In this document: positions 28,405 through 36,769 of the stretch, in pieces
Layout of the letters: every line of letters starts with the position of its first letter
Numbering within the stretch: position 1 is the first letter of the stretch
From: Candidatus Woesearchaeota archaeon
GTDB taxonomy: Archaea > Nanobdellota > Nanobdellia > Pacearchaeales > GW2011-AR1
Length of the DNA stretch: 43,412 nt
Assembly (NCBI GenBank): GCA_964465795.1
Contig: CAYXLD010000002.1
Span: forward strand, 4,855-48,266
Reading direction: 5' to 3'
Made by a program: the position numbers and the translations under genes
The notes under the pieces: model-generated
The model's database searches: none
Told to the model about the DNA's origin: nothing
The model's input: only the letters and a program-made list of their open reading frames with translations

Positions 28405-28776
28405 TTAATTCCATTTCCTATTGGTTTTTTTCTTTTGAATTATTATGTATATAGCTATTAATAGAAAAACTATCGCGAGTATAAATAATGTCATGAAAAA
28501 TCCTTCTATTCCTAGAATTGTTAAATGTAAAATAATTGCAATACTCATTGAAACTGCGATCATTATAGCCCCCCAGAATGCCGTAGCAGGAATTATAACT
28601 AAGATTCCTGCAATGATTTCATAAGCTCCTGTAAGATATTGTGCAGTTACTCCTCCTATACTGCCAAATATGCCTGCACCTTCTTCGGGAGATGTTGTGA
28701 ATTTTGTTATTCCAAAGAATAAAAAAGCAAGCATAAGAATAATCTGCGCTATTTGAACAAGTATTTTCTTCCTCAT
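28405..28776 (-). CDS. Small 4-TM membrane protein, DoxX-like
   Basis: Hydrophobic ORF. The N-terminal LAFLFFGITKF resembles the DoxX GxxK pattern. Weak call. Confidence 0.4.
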   Translation of the reverse strand: MRKKILVQIAQIILMLAFLFFGITKFTTSPEEGAGIFGSIGGVTAQYLTGAYEIIAGILVIIPATAFWGAIMIAVSMSIAIILHLTILGIEGFFMTLFILAIVFLLIAIYIIIQKKKTNRKWN

Positions 28777-28903
28777 TTAGTGTTAAGTTGCCTTTAGATT
28801 ATAAACCTTTCCTAGCAAATTCATTGTAGCATAAACAGGAGCCGCCTCTTTCTAATTCTTGTCTTAAATAACTACAAAGTAGTGACTGTAGAAACATTTA
28901 TAA

Positions 28904-28914
28904 ACTGTGATTTA
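28904..28914. repeat. Flanking direct repeat ACTGTGATTTA (left), putative target-site duplication of the IS
   Basis: An identical 11-mer occurs at 30434..30444, immediately outside the inverted repeats. Confidence 0.55.
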
Positions 28915-28915
28915 A

Positions 28916-30195
28916 TTACTCAGGATTCTGAAGTAAATTCAGAATACCTTCGTAAGGATTTTTAGTCTGCAGTTTTACCGTTTGTAAAACTGACAATAGT
29001 TTAGCAGTTATTTCTACACCATCTTCACTTCTGCTTCCATTGCTTATTTTTCTTATTACAACTGCATGCCTTAATCCTCTTTCAGCAGGATTGTTTGTTG
29101 ATTCTATCTTGGGATTATCTACAAATCTAAATAAATTTTCTCTATGATTTCTGCATACACCTTTCACAAATTTATAAACTTCTGAACTTCTATAACTCTT
29201 TGATGCAATTAAATCAATCCAATGCAAAAGATTTTCTTTCTTTTCACCTTCCTTTGCTCTCTTATAAATATATTTCATTCGTTTATGAATATATTTTGCT
29301 TCTTTGTAATGTTTAGCCAAATCTTTTGAATTTCTCAAAAGATGAGCCCAGCATATTTGCTGTTCACATCCGCTTACTTTTGCAAGTTCAGTATAGGCTG
29401 AAAATCTATCATCAATTATTGTTTTTCCTTTTTGGTCTCCAAGAATTTCAATTGGAACTTTACTGCTTCTCTTTTTTCTGACAACATAAAGAGCAATCTC
29501 TTTATTTATAAAAATCCAAAGCCAATAATTTTTCCCATTGATTCTCCAAGAAGTTTCATCAATATGTTTTGCTAATGCTTCCTTAACTTTTCTGACTAAT
29601 TCTTCATAATAATCTCCAAATGCTTCACTTAATTGCCTTAATATATTGTATATTTCTCCGTCGCTAATTTTTACTCCGAATACCGAGTCTAATATTGAAG
29701 TTATCTTATTGCTCGGTATTCGGCAATCTAATTTTAGTATTAATATTAGTACCATTAATTTCAATCCGAATCTAGCATTAGGAAGAGCATCATAGAATTC
29801 AGGTTCAACAAGTTTATCGCAATTACCACAATAACATCGATGAAATAGATGTTTAGTATTCTTGGCTCTAGTTTAGGAATATCTGTTACAACCCTTTCTC
29901 TTATTTCTTGAGTATCACTAACAACTCCCCCACAATTTGGACACCTGTCCAATTTGTGTTCTTTCACTTCATCAATTCTTTCAGGAACATGTCTTGAATA
30001 ACCTACATGACCTTCTTTTTGTCCTGATATTTTTGGTTCTTCCTTTACATCTTCTTTGATAAAAGAAGGTTTTGATTTTTCTTTGACAATTCCTTCAAGC
30101 TCATCTATTCTTTTTTCAAGAGCCTTAATTGTCTGTTTTAGAAATATGTTTTCTTTTTCCAGTTCTTTCACTCTCTTTTTTAGTCCCATTTTCAA
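28916..30195 (-). pseudogene. IS66-family transposase, split by a 1-nt frameshift
   Basis: ORF 29761..30195 has the leucine-zipper and CPNCGG zinc-finger N-terminus. The frame of ORF 28916..29764 is open upstream to 29872 and there encodes KNTKHLFHRCYCGNCDKLVEPEFYDALPNARFGLKLM..., then DETSWRINGKNYWLWIF, CWAHLLRN and NNPAERGLR (the DDE_Tnp_IS66 pattern). The frames must be joined near 29850-29872. Confidence 0.7.
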
Positions 30196-30343
30196 GAATT
30201 ACAAGATATGTTTCATATCCCAAATATTCTTTTGGGACATTAATTTTAGCACTTGTTCCAGAAACAACCACTTTTCTTTTCATAAATCCTTTAATGTTTT
30301 TTATTGTTAATTCAGTATCCTTATGAAATTCTACCTTTTTCAT
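30125..30343 (-). CDS. Small transposon-encoded protein (DUF2080/AbrB-like)
   Basis: VVVSGTSAKINVPKEYLGYETYLVILE resembles the small archaeal transposon-associated protein family found upstream of such transposases. Its 3' end overlaps the transposase start. Confidence 0.5.
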   Translation of the reverse strand: MKKVEFHKDTELTIKNIKGFMKRKVVVSGTSAKINVPKEYLGYETYLVILENGTKKESERTGKRKHISKTDN

Positions 30344-30433
30344 CTTAATAGTTCTAATAGAACTATTAAACTTTAAATATTTTATGGTTCTCGAGTATAT
30401 ATTTTAAAAAGCTTCAGAAACCTAAGCTAGTAC

Positions 30434-30444
30434 ACTGTGATTTA
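30434..30444. repeat. Flanking direct repeat ACTGTGATTTA (right)
   Basis: Identical to 28904..28914. Confidence 0.55.
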
Positions 30445-30455
30445 CTACAACAAAT

Positions 30456-30902
30456 ATGGCGAAAAAACTTCCAAAAATGAAAGGAAAAGAGTTTGTTAAG
30501 AAAGTGTTGGCTGGGGAAAGAGATTTATCTAGGATAGAATTAGAAGAGGGTTTTGATTTAAATGGTTATAAAGATTTTGAGAAAATGCAGGCATATCTTA
30601 GCAAACAAGAGCTTAGTAGAAATTCATTATCTATTGCTGGTTCTCATCTTATATCTTTAAGAGCAAATGCCTTGTTTTTGCCTTTTGTTATAGCAGATGA
30701 AGCAAATCTTAAAAGAGCAAACCTTTATGGAGCAAACCTCAATAGAGCACATCTTGAAGGAGCAAGTCTTAAATATGTTAAAAATTTAGAGTGTGCTATT
30801 AATTTGAAGAATGCTCGTTTCTCAGAAACAATAGTTAATCCAAAAGAAAGAAAAATTATTGAAGCTGCTTTAGCGAAAAGAATATTATTTGTCGAGGAAT
30901 AG
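30456..30902 (+). CDS. Pentapeptide-repeat protein
   Basis: ANLKRANLYGANLNRAHLEGASLKY is a run of A(D/N)LxX pentapeptide repeats. Confidence 0.8.
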   Translation: MAKKLPKMKGKEFVKKVLAGERDLSRIELEEGFDLNGYKDFEKMQAYLSKQELSRNSLSIAGSHLISLRANALFLPFVIADEANLKRANLYGANLNRAHLEGASLKYVKNLECAINLKNARFSETIVNPKERKIIEAALAKRILFVEE

Positions 30903-30992
30903 ACTTTTATTAAAATTCTTAAGCGAGATATAAATTGCCTAATTAAAAGTTATTTAAAGAAAAAGAAGCAAACAAGCTTTTTTAGTTTTATA

Positions 30993-31295
30993 CTATTCTA
31001 AAACTTGAAAAATCTCTCTCTTTCCTGAAAGATACATTTCAGTGTATTTTGACATCTCCTCTGCAATTTCTGGCTTTATGTTTGGATCTGGTTTTCCAGA
31101 TTTATAATCCTCCATTGCCTTTTCAAATTCTGCTAGATTATTTACCTGCATTTCTACAACAACTGTATTATAATTTCCCACTATATCTGTCATTATTCTA
31201 ACCTTAGGGTTATGTCCAAACCCTTTTTTAAATAATTTTGCAAGTTTGCCTGCCTGCCCTGGCTTTGCAGTAAATATTTCACGAACAATTAACAT
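30993..31295 (-). CDS. Hypothetical small cytoplasmic protein
   Basis: 100-aa ORF. No motif recognised. Confidence 0.4.
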   Translation of the reverse strand: MLIVREIFTAKPGQAGKLAKLFKKGFGHNPKVRIMTDIVGNYNTVVVEMQVNNLAEFEKAMEDYKSGKPDPNIKPEIAEEMSKYTEMYLSGKREIFQVLE

Positions 31296-31349
31296 ATAAT
31301 TTAGTTGTCTTGTTTGTTTATATATTTTTTGAGGGCTATAATTTTTGCT

Positions 31350-31811
31350 CTAGACTCTCTTATTGAAACTATTTTTCTTTTTTGGCCGTTTTTTAAAGAA
31401 CCAATTAAATATAAAATATGGAGGTCCTAAAAGGATCGGCCAGATAACTAAAAAAAACAGAAATGCTGAGATTGGATTTTCAACAACATTAATTTCTGTT
31501 GCTTCTTGAGGCCTAAAAACAAGGAATTCTAGCAATTGTCCCGATATTATTGAAATAACTATAACAATTTTCCAATCAAGTTTATTAAATAAAAACCAAA
31601 AAATTATTCCTAAAATTAAATAAACTATGATTGTACTAGTAAAAGTCCCAAAGCCAGAAAACATTGATTCTTTTCCGCCAACAGCAATTTCATCCGGAAA
31701 GCAGTCGTAATTTTCTAAACATACTGGCAGAATTTCTCCGATTAAAATTGCCCAAATTGCCATAAAAAGAATAAACCACTTTGAAAGGGGCTTTGCTGCT
31801 TTCCATTGCAT
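31350..31811 (-). CDS. Hypothetical membrane protein (4 TM)
   Basis: Hydrophobic ORF immediately upstream of nothing recognisable and downstream of cdc48. Confidence 0.4.
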   Translation of the reverse strand: MQWKAAKPLSKWFILFMAIWAILIGEILPVCLENYDCFPDEIAVGGKESMFSGFGTFTSTIIVYLILGIIFWFLFNKLDWKIVIVISIISGQLLEFLVFRPQEATEINVVENPISAFLFFLVIWPILLGPPYFIFNWFFKKRPKKKNSFNKRV

Positions 31812-31840
31812 TAGTTATAGTGCATTATCATATTTAAAAT

Positions 31841-34015
31841 CTATTTAATATCTAAAGATTTTTTATTTTTGTCCTCAATCTCATCTAATTTAATCTCCTT
31901 TCCTATAGATTTAGATACATATTTAAGCGATATGTCAAAGTCTTCTTTTTCAATTTTAAAGTCTATTTTCTTTGTACTTTTGTAATATCTCTTTATAGCG
32001 TTTATACCTGCGTTTCTGCATAATGCCTCAATATCTGCTCCTGTCCAATCATTAGTTTTATTTAGATATTCTTTTAAGTTTACGCTTTTATCTAAGGGCA
32101 TATTCTTTGTATGAACCTCAAAGATTTTTTCTCTGGTTTTTTTATCTGGGATATCGAGTTCAATTATTGAATCAATTCTTCCTGGCCTCAATAAAGCTGA
32201 ATCAATTAAGTCTTTTCTATTAGTGGCAGCCATTACAATAACTTTTTCTAATTCTTCTACTCCGTCTAATTCAGTCAGCAATTGATTAACAACTCTTTCT
32301 GTTGCATCATTCATAGAAATGCCCCTAATTTTAGAGATAGAATCAAATTCGTCAAAAAATATTATAGCAGGAGCAACCTGTCTGGCTTTCTTAAAAATTT
32401 CTCTGACTTGTTTCTCACTTTCTCCCACCCATTTACTTATTAATTCTGGACCCTTTACTGAAATAAAGTTTGCATTTGCTTCATTTGCAACAGCTTTTGC
32501 TAATAAGGTTTTGCCGGTTCCGCTTGGCCCAGATAATAAAATGCCCTTTGAAGGCTTGATCCCTGCTTTCTCATATAGGTCAGACCTTAATAACGGCAGT
32601 TCAACTAATTCTCTTAATTTTTCTTTAACATCGTCTAAACCGCCGATATCTTCCCATGTTGTATGTGGTTTCTGTATTAAAACTTCCCGCATAGCAGATG
32701 GTTCAACCATTTTTAAAGACTCAAGAAAATGCATTCTCCCAACTTTTATTTTATCCAATATATTTGTCGGCACTTTTTCCTGAATATTTTTTAATTGATT
32801 AAAATATGGCTTGATAGATTTTAACGCCGCTTCTTTGCATAAAACTTCGATATCGGCGCCTGTAAATCCAATTGTTTTATATGCAACTTCGTCGAAATTA
32901 ACATCCTTGTCCAATGGCATCCCTCTAGTATGTATTTTTAATATTTCTTTTCTTCCTTCTTCGTCAGGCGGATTTATTCTCAGCTCTCTATCAAATCTTC
33001 CTGGCCTTCTTAATGCTTCGTCAATATCATCCTGCCTGTTTGTTGCCGCCATAACTACAACTTGGCCTCGAGTTTTCAATCCATCCATCAATGTTAATAA
33101 CTGGGCAACAATTCTTTTTTCTGTTTGATCTGTTCTCTCGCCTCTTTTAGGAGCAATTGAATCTATTTCGTCTATGAATATTATGGCGGGTGCATTTTTC
33201 TCAGCCTGTTCAAAAATATCTCTAATATGCTTTTCACTTTCACCATAATACTTGCTCATTATTTCAGGGCCTGCAATAGAAAAAAAAGATGATTCTGTTT
33301 CATTTGCAACAGCTTTTGCTAATAAGGTTTTGCCGGTTCCAGGCGGTCCTGTCAGTAAAACTCCTTTGGGTGCACCAACCCCTAATTTTTGAAATACTTC
33401 TGGATGCTTCATTGGCAATTCAACCATTTCTCTAATTAGTTCGACCTCATTCTTTAAACCTCCAATGTCTTCATAACTAACCCCTGTTGCTTTTAGATCC
33501 CCAACATATGGAGCATCACTTACAATAATTTTTGTTGCTGGAGTTACAATAACATGACTTTTTGGCTCTAATTTTGATATTATATAGCTTAATCTTGTGC
33601 CAAATACATCTATTACTGTTTTTTGATTCAATGCCAATGGTTTATGCAGTAATTTTGTATGGAAATATTCTGTAGGATCGTCGCTAAATCTTACTTCTTG
33701 CAATGGCGACAGTGTAATCTTCTTTGCCTCAAGAATCTTCGTTTTATTAACTTTTATTCTGTCCCCTAAAGATGCACCAATGTTTGATCGTGTTGTCCCA
33801 TCTAACCTGATTATTTCTTTATTCATATCATTTTTAACTGATCTCATTACTTTAACAACACTCGATTCTTTTCCTTTAATTTCTATGATGTCTCCTGATA
33901 CCAAACCAAACTTATTCATTATTTTTGAAGGAATTCTTGCTAATCCTTTGTCAATATCTTCTTGCAAAGCCTCAGCTATTTCAATCTCAATAAAATTATA
34001 TTTTTCTTCTTTCAT
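31841..34015 (-). CDS. cdc48: Cdc48/VCP-like AAA+ ATPase (N domain plus D1 and D2)
   Basis: Two Walker A motifs ([16 protein letters not shown]), two Walker B motifs ([18 protein letters not shown]), the N-terminal double-psi-barrel-like [22 protein letters not shown], and the second-region-of-homology motif ATNR in both domains. Confidence 0.92.
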   Translation of the reverse strand: MKEEKYNFIEIEIAEALQEDIDKGLARIPSKIMNKFGLVSGDIIEIKGKESSVVKVMRSVKNDMNKEIIRLDGTTRSNIGASLGDRIKVNKTKILEAKKITLSPLQEVRFSDDPTEYFHTKLLHKPLALNQKTVIDVFGTRLSYIISKLEPKSHVIVTPATKIIVSDAPYVGDLKATGVSYEDIGGLKNEVELIREMVELPMKHPEVFQKLGVGAPKGVLLTGPPGTGKTLLAKAVANETESSFFSIAGPEIMSKYYGESEKHIRDIFEQAEKNAPAIIFIDEIDSIAPKRGERTDQTEKRIVAQLLTLMDGLKTRGQVVVMAATNRQDDIDEALRRPGRFDRELRINPPDEEGRKEILKIHTRGMPLDKDVNFDEVAYKTIGFTGADIEVLCKEAALKSIKPYFNQLKNIQEKVPTNILDKIKVGRMHFLESLKMVEPSAMREVLIQKPHTTWEDIGGLDDVKEKLRELVELPLLRSDLYEKAGIKPSKGILLSGPSGTGKTLLAKAVANEANANFISVKGPELISKWVGESEKQVREIFKKARQVAPAIIFFDEFDSISKIRGISMNDATERVVNQLLTELDGVEELEKVIVMAATNRKDLIDSALLRPGRIDSIIELDIPDKKTREKIFEVHTKNMPLDKSVNLKEYLNKTNDWTGADIEALCRNAGINAIKRYYKSTKKIDFKIEKEDFDISLKYVSKSIGKEIKLDEIEDKNKKSLDIK

Positions 34016-34418
34016 TTTTATTTTCTTCTCCAGATTTATTAAAGATTATTTCTAAAACTCCATTTCTCATCGTATGGGTGAAGCTTTTTGGATTGATAAA
34101 ATTAGGCAGGTGCTTTTTGACAAATAGCCCCTGTCTTAGCTTTTGATGCAAATAATCCTGAATATTTTCCTCATTTAATTTCTGTGCAGTAATCTCTAAA
34201 TCTTTTCCTTTTATATTTACTGATATATCCTCTTCATTAAATCCTGACAATTCAAAAACTAAGTAAATATAATTATCATCTTCAATAAAATCAATTGTTC
34301 GATCTTCATCTTCGCCGCTGATAAAGTGCTCGCCTCTCTTCCTTCTTCTTACAGGCCCGCCAAAAAATTCTCTGACAATACTATCGAATGGATCATCGTT
34401 GTCATCAAAAAAGCTCAT
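33996..34418 (-). CDS. hsp20: Small heat-shock protein (Hsp20/alpha-crystallin family)
   Basis: NYIYLVFELSGFNEEDISVNIKGKDLEITA ... NGVLEIIFNK fits the alpha-crystallin domain. Overlaps the cdc48 start by 20 nt. Confidence 0.8.
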   Translation of the reverse strand: MSFFDDNDDPFDSIVREFFGGPVRRRKRGEHFISGEDEDRTIDFIEDDNYIYLVFELSGFNEEDISVNIKGKDLEITAQKLNEENIQDYLHQKLRQGLFVKKHLPNFINPKSFTHTMRNGVLEIIFNKSGEENKNERRKI

Positions 34419-34583
34419 ATTTAAATTTCTCCTGTTTTATATTTTCATTTATTTTTTTCATAACATTTTAATATTTGTTCTTTTTTAAATCTTTCGTTTA
34501 GATAAATACCATATTTACTTAGGTTATATCAAATTTACTGAAAGAGCAAGATTTATATATCTAAGTCAATATTAAAAAAACAA

Positions 34584-34982
34584 ATGAAACAGAGAATAAT
34601 AATAAAAAATATTGACCAGCCTAGAGAAAATAAAGTCCAAGAAGAGGTTAAGTGGATATGCAATAGTCTTGGATTGAAGAGTGGCAGAGATATTAATGAC
34701 ACATCATTCAGAATTATGTATGAATTGCTTGATTTATTATCAGAAGAAAATTTGATTTCAACTGATGAGATTGCTAGGTCTTTGAAGATAGATTCTCCAA
34801 GAGTTAACCACCACGTAAGAAGATTAATGGAAACCGGAGTTATATTTAGGGAAAAAAGAAAAATTGCATTAAGGGGCGGGTCATTATCCGCAGCTATTGA
34901 AGAAATGAAAAGAGATTCTGACCAAATTTTTAATCGTTTATTAGAAGTCTCTAAAAGAATAGACGAAGTATTTAATTTATAG
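34584..34982 (+). CDS. Winged-helix transcription regulator, candidate heat-shock regulator (Phr/HSR1-like)
   Basis: STDEIARSLKIDSPRVNHHVRRLMETGVIFRE is an HTH/wing pattern. The gene is divergently transcribed from hsp20-cdc48. Confidence 0.55.
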   Translation: MKQRIIIKNIDQPRENKVQEEVKWICNSLGLKSGRDINDTSFRIMYELLDLLSEENLISTDEIARSLKIDSPRVNHHVRRLMETGVIFREKRKIALRGGSLSAAIEEMKRDSDQIFNRLLEVSKRIDEVFNL

Positions 34983-35044
34983 GATAATTTTCTAGAATCT
35001 AATTCTTTATGCCGAGACCTAAATGTTCCGCACATCAGACTATT

Positions 35045-35296
35045 TCAACGATGAAGACAGCCGAGCCAACAACACGGTCTGCGTTTTCCATCTAAAAGCT
35101 CCGTGGATACTCGTTTGATATGATTTCTTCTTGTCTCTAGTTTCTTGACAGAAGTAATCCAGCAAATCCATTCATTGCGTGCAAGTGGTGTAAGGTCATT
35201 CCATACTTCTCGCACCGCCGAGGAAGAATTCAGGAATTTTCGCAGGTCGGCTGGCACTTTGTGCACCACTCCGGTGGCGATTTCTTTTTTGTCCAT
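35045..35296 (-). CDS. YdeI/OmpD-associated family protein (C-terminal domain only)
   Basis: VPADLRKFLNSSSAVREVWNDLTPLARNEWICWITSVKKLETRRNHIKRV fits the YdeI/OmdA pattern. The DNA is visibly richer in G+C than its surroundings. Confidence 0.6.
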   Translation of the reverse strand: MDKKEIATGVVHKVPADLRKFLNSSSAVREVWNDLTPLARNEWICWITSVKKLETRRNHIKRVSTELLDGKRRPCCWLGCLHR

Positions 35297-35340
35297 AAGA
35301 TTATGTTGGCAAATCTTCTATTAAAGTTTTTCTTTTTCGG

Positions 35341-35362
35341 CTCCCGACTACTCGGTGTAAAC
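35341..35362. repeat. 22-bp fragment of tRNA-Val (21/22 identical to 35798..35819), att-like remnant
   Basis: CTCCCGACTACTCGGTGTAAAC compares with CTCCTGACTACTCGGTGTAAAC inside the tRNA-Val gene (anticodon loop to T-stem). Confidence 0.6.
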
Positions 35363-35500
35363 AAATAGATCCTTAAAATTACTTTTTTAGACGAGCTACT
35401 TATTCTTCTTCCAAAAGTAATTCTGAATTAAATACCCTACAAAAGAAAATATCAATCCACTAATTAGCAAAGTAATAAACACTATTCCAGCTATTTCATC

Positions 35501-35713
35501 TCATGGATTAAGTTTAGATATTACAAATAATAAAAAAGGGCCAACTATCACACCAAAAACGAAACCACCAATTGAACCTTTATTTCTCATGATTAGCCAG
35601 TAAACAATAGCTAAAATGCCTGCAAAGATGAATCCAACATATGGCTCACCCTCTCCGTAAAAAATACCGCGAATGCCTACAATTATAAAGAATATGAAAA
35701 ATCCCAAAAACAT
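35501..35713 (-). CDS. Hypothetical small membrane protein (3 TM)
   Basis: 70-aa hydrophobic ORF lying between the tRNA-Val fragment and tRNA-Val. Confidence 0.35.
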   Translation of the reverse strand: MFLGFFIFFIIVGIRGIFYGEGEPYVGFIFAGILAIVYWLIMRNKGSIGGFVFGVIVGPFLLFVISKLNP

Positions 35714-35777
35714 TACTTGAAGTAATTTATAGTACCACTTTTTTTGAAACGTTTCCTTTTTTATATTGTTTTAACTA

Positions 35778-35848
35778 TGGGCCTGAAGAGAATCGAACTC
35801 CTGACTACTCGGTGTAAACGAGTCGTTTTGCCACTAGACTACAGGCCC
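35778..35848 (-). tRNA. tRNA-Val (anticodon UAC)
   Basis: Hand fold of the reverse complement: acceptor GGGCCTG/CAGGCCC, anticodon arm ACTCG-TTTACAC-CGAGT, T arm AGGAG-TTCGATT-CTCTT, discriminator A. The D stem is weak (one mismatch). Confidence 0.8.
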
Positions 35849-35925
35849 TTGTAGGTTATTGTTAATAATCTTAAAATATTAATAAACCTATCACTTTTAA
35901 AGCTTACTTATATATAAAACCGGAG

Positions 35926-36405
35926 TTAATTTCTAAGATGCTCTTGATATTTATTAAATAAAATGTCTAATGCACCTTTAAGCGGAATTTCACCATTCCA
36001 TTCTTTATAACTGTATTTTTTATCGATATCATGCAGGATTTTATTTATTAGATCTCTTTTATTATCTGAAATTCTTAGGAATCTTTCTAATGAATTATAA
36101 AAAGTAGACAAACCTATTTTTTGCAAAACGAGGCTGGCCACGAATTTTTTATTATTTGAGTCATCAGATTTATAAAAAGAGTTTTTAGATACATATTCAG
36201 ATTCAGAAAAATCGCGTTCTTCGAAGGTTTTAATATCTTTTAAATGAGGAATATCATTATAATAACTAGAAATTAAATCCCTGAAATTTAATAAGTTATC
36301 AATAATCCTGCTAAATCCTATGCTTCTCCCATATAAAGAAAGTTTATGTTCAATATTATTATTTTTGCATTTCATGGTGAAATCCATTCTTAGCTTTTGA
36401 ACCAT
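35926..36405 (-). CDS. Hypothetical protein
   Basis: 159-aa ORF. No motif recognised. The start is uncertain (several Met in the first 11 codons). Confidence 0.4.
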   Translation of the reverse strand: MVQKLRMDFTMKCKNNNIEHKLSLYGRSIGFSRIIDNLLNFRDLISSYYNDIPHLKDIKTFEERDFSESEYVSKNSFYKSDDSNNKKFVASLVLQKIGLSTFYNSLERFLRISDNKRDLINKILHDIDKKYSYKEWNGEIPLKGALDILFNKYQEHLRN

Positions 36406-36697
36406 ATACCTAATTAGATTCTTTCTTTTTAAAAATTAGGGTTGGGCAATTGCTATTTTTTATTATAATTTAAGAGCCCCAGTTGAAACAGAGGTGTAAA
36501 TAGATATGCCTTTAATGTTGATTTCTTAAAAACATATAATTTTTAAACTCTCTATTGCAAATCTCACATCTTGTACGTATAAATTGAAAAGAAGCAATTT
36601 CCTTTTTAATATTTTCTATAGGCAATTATTTTACTAATATTTTTATCATAATCTAAAAGGCAAATCTTTTAAACTATATATCTTCTAAATCTTGTAT

Positions 36698-36768
36698 GCG
36701 GTCATAGTTTAGTGGTAGAATGTGACGTTGCCAACGTCATGGTGTGGGTTCGATTCCCGCTGACCGCA
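36698..36768 (+). tRNA. tRNA-Gly (anticodon GCC)
   Basis: Acceptor GCGGTCA/TGACCGC, anticodon arm TGACG-TTGCCAA-CGTCA, T arm GTGGG-TTCGATT-CCCGC, discriminator A. A TATA-like AAACTATATAT lies ~20 nt upstream. Confidence 0.85.
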
Positions 36769-36769
36769 T

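Larger units (their letters stand above)
28915..30433 (-). mobile_element. IS66-family (single-transposase, ISBst12-like) insertion sequence, ~1.5 kb, with imperfect terminal inverted repeats
   Basis: The left end TACT...CAGGATTCTGAAG (28917-28933) matches the reverse complement of the right end TACTAGCTTAGGTTTCTGAAG (30412-30432). It contains a DUF2080-like small gene and a transposase, and is flanked by an 11-bp direct repeat. Confidence 0.65.

Noticed and set aside
34503-34517. The inverted repeat TAAATA-CCA-TATTTA as a definite operator.
   Set aside because: A 6-bp all-AT palindrome is expected by chance in this composition. I kept it only as a candidate inside the heat-shock-locus finding.
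34553-35035. A 160-aa ORF antisense to the wHTH regulator.
   Set aside because: It has low-complexity Ser/Leu/Ile-rich translation and fully overlaps a gene with a clear HTH pattern. This is typical antisense shadow in AT-rich sequence.
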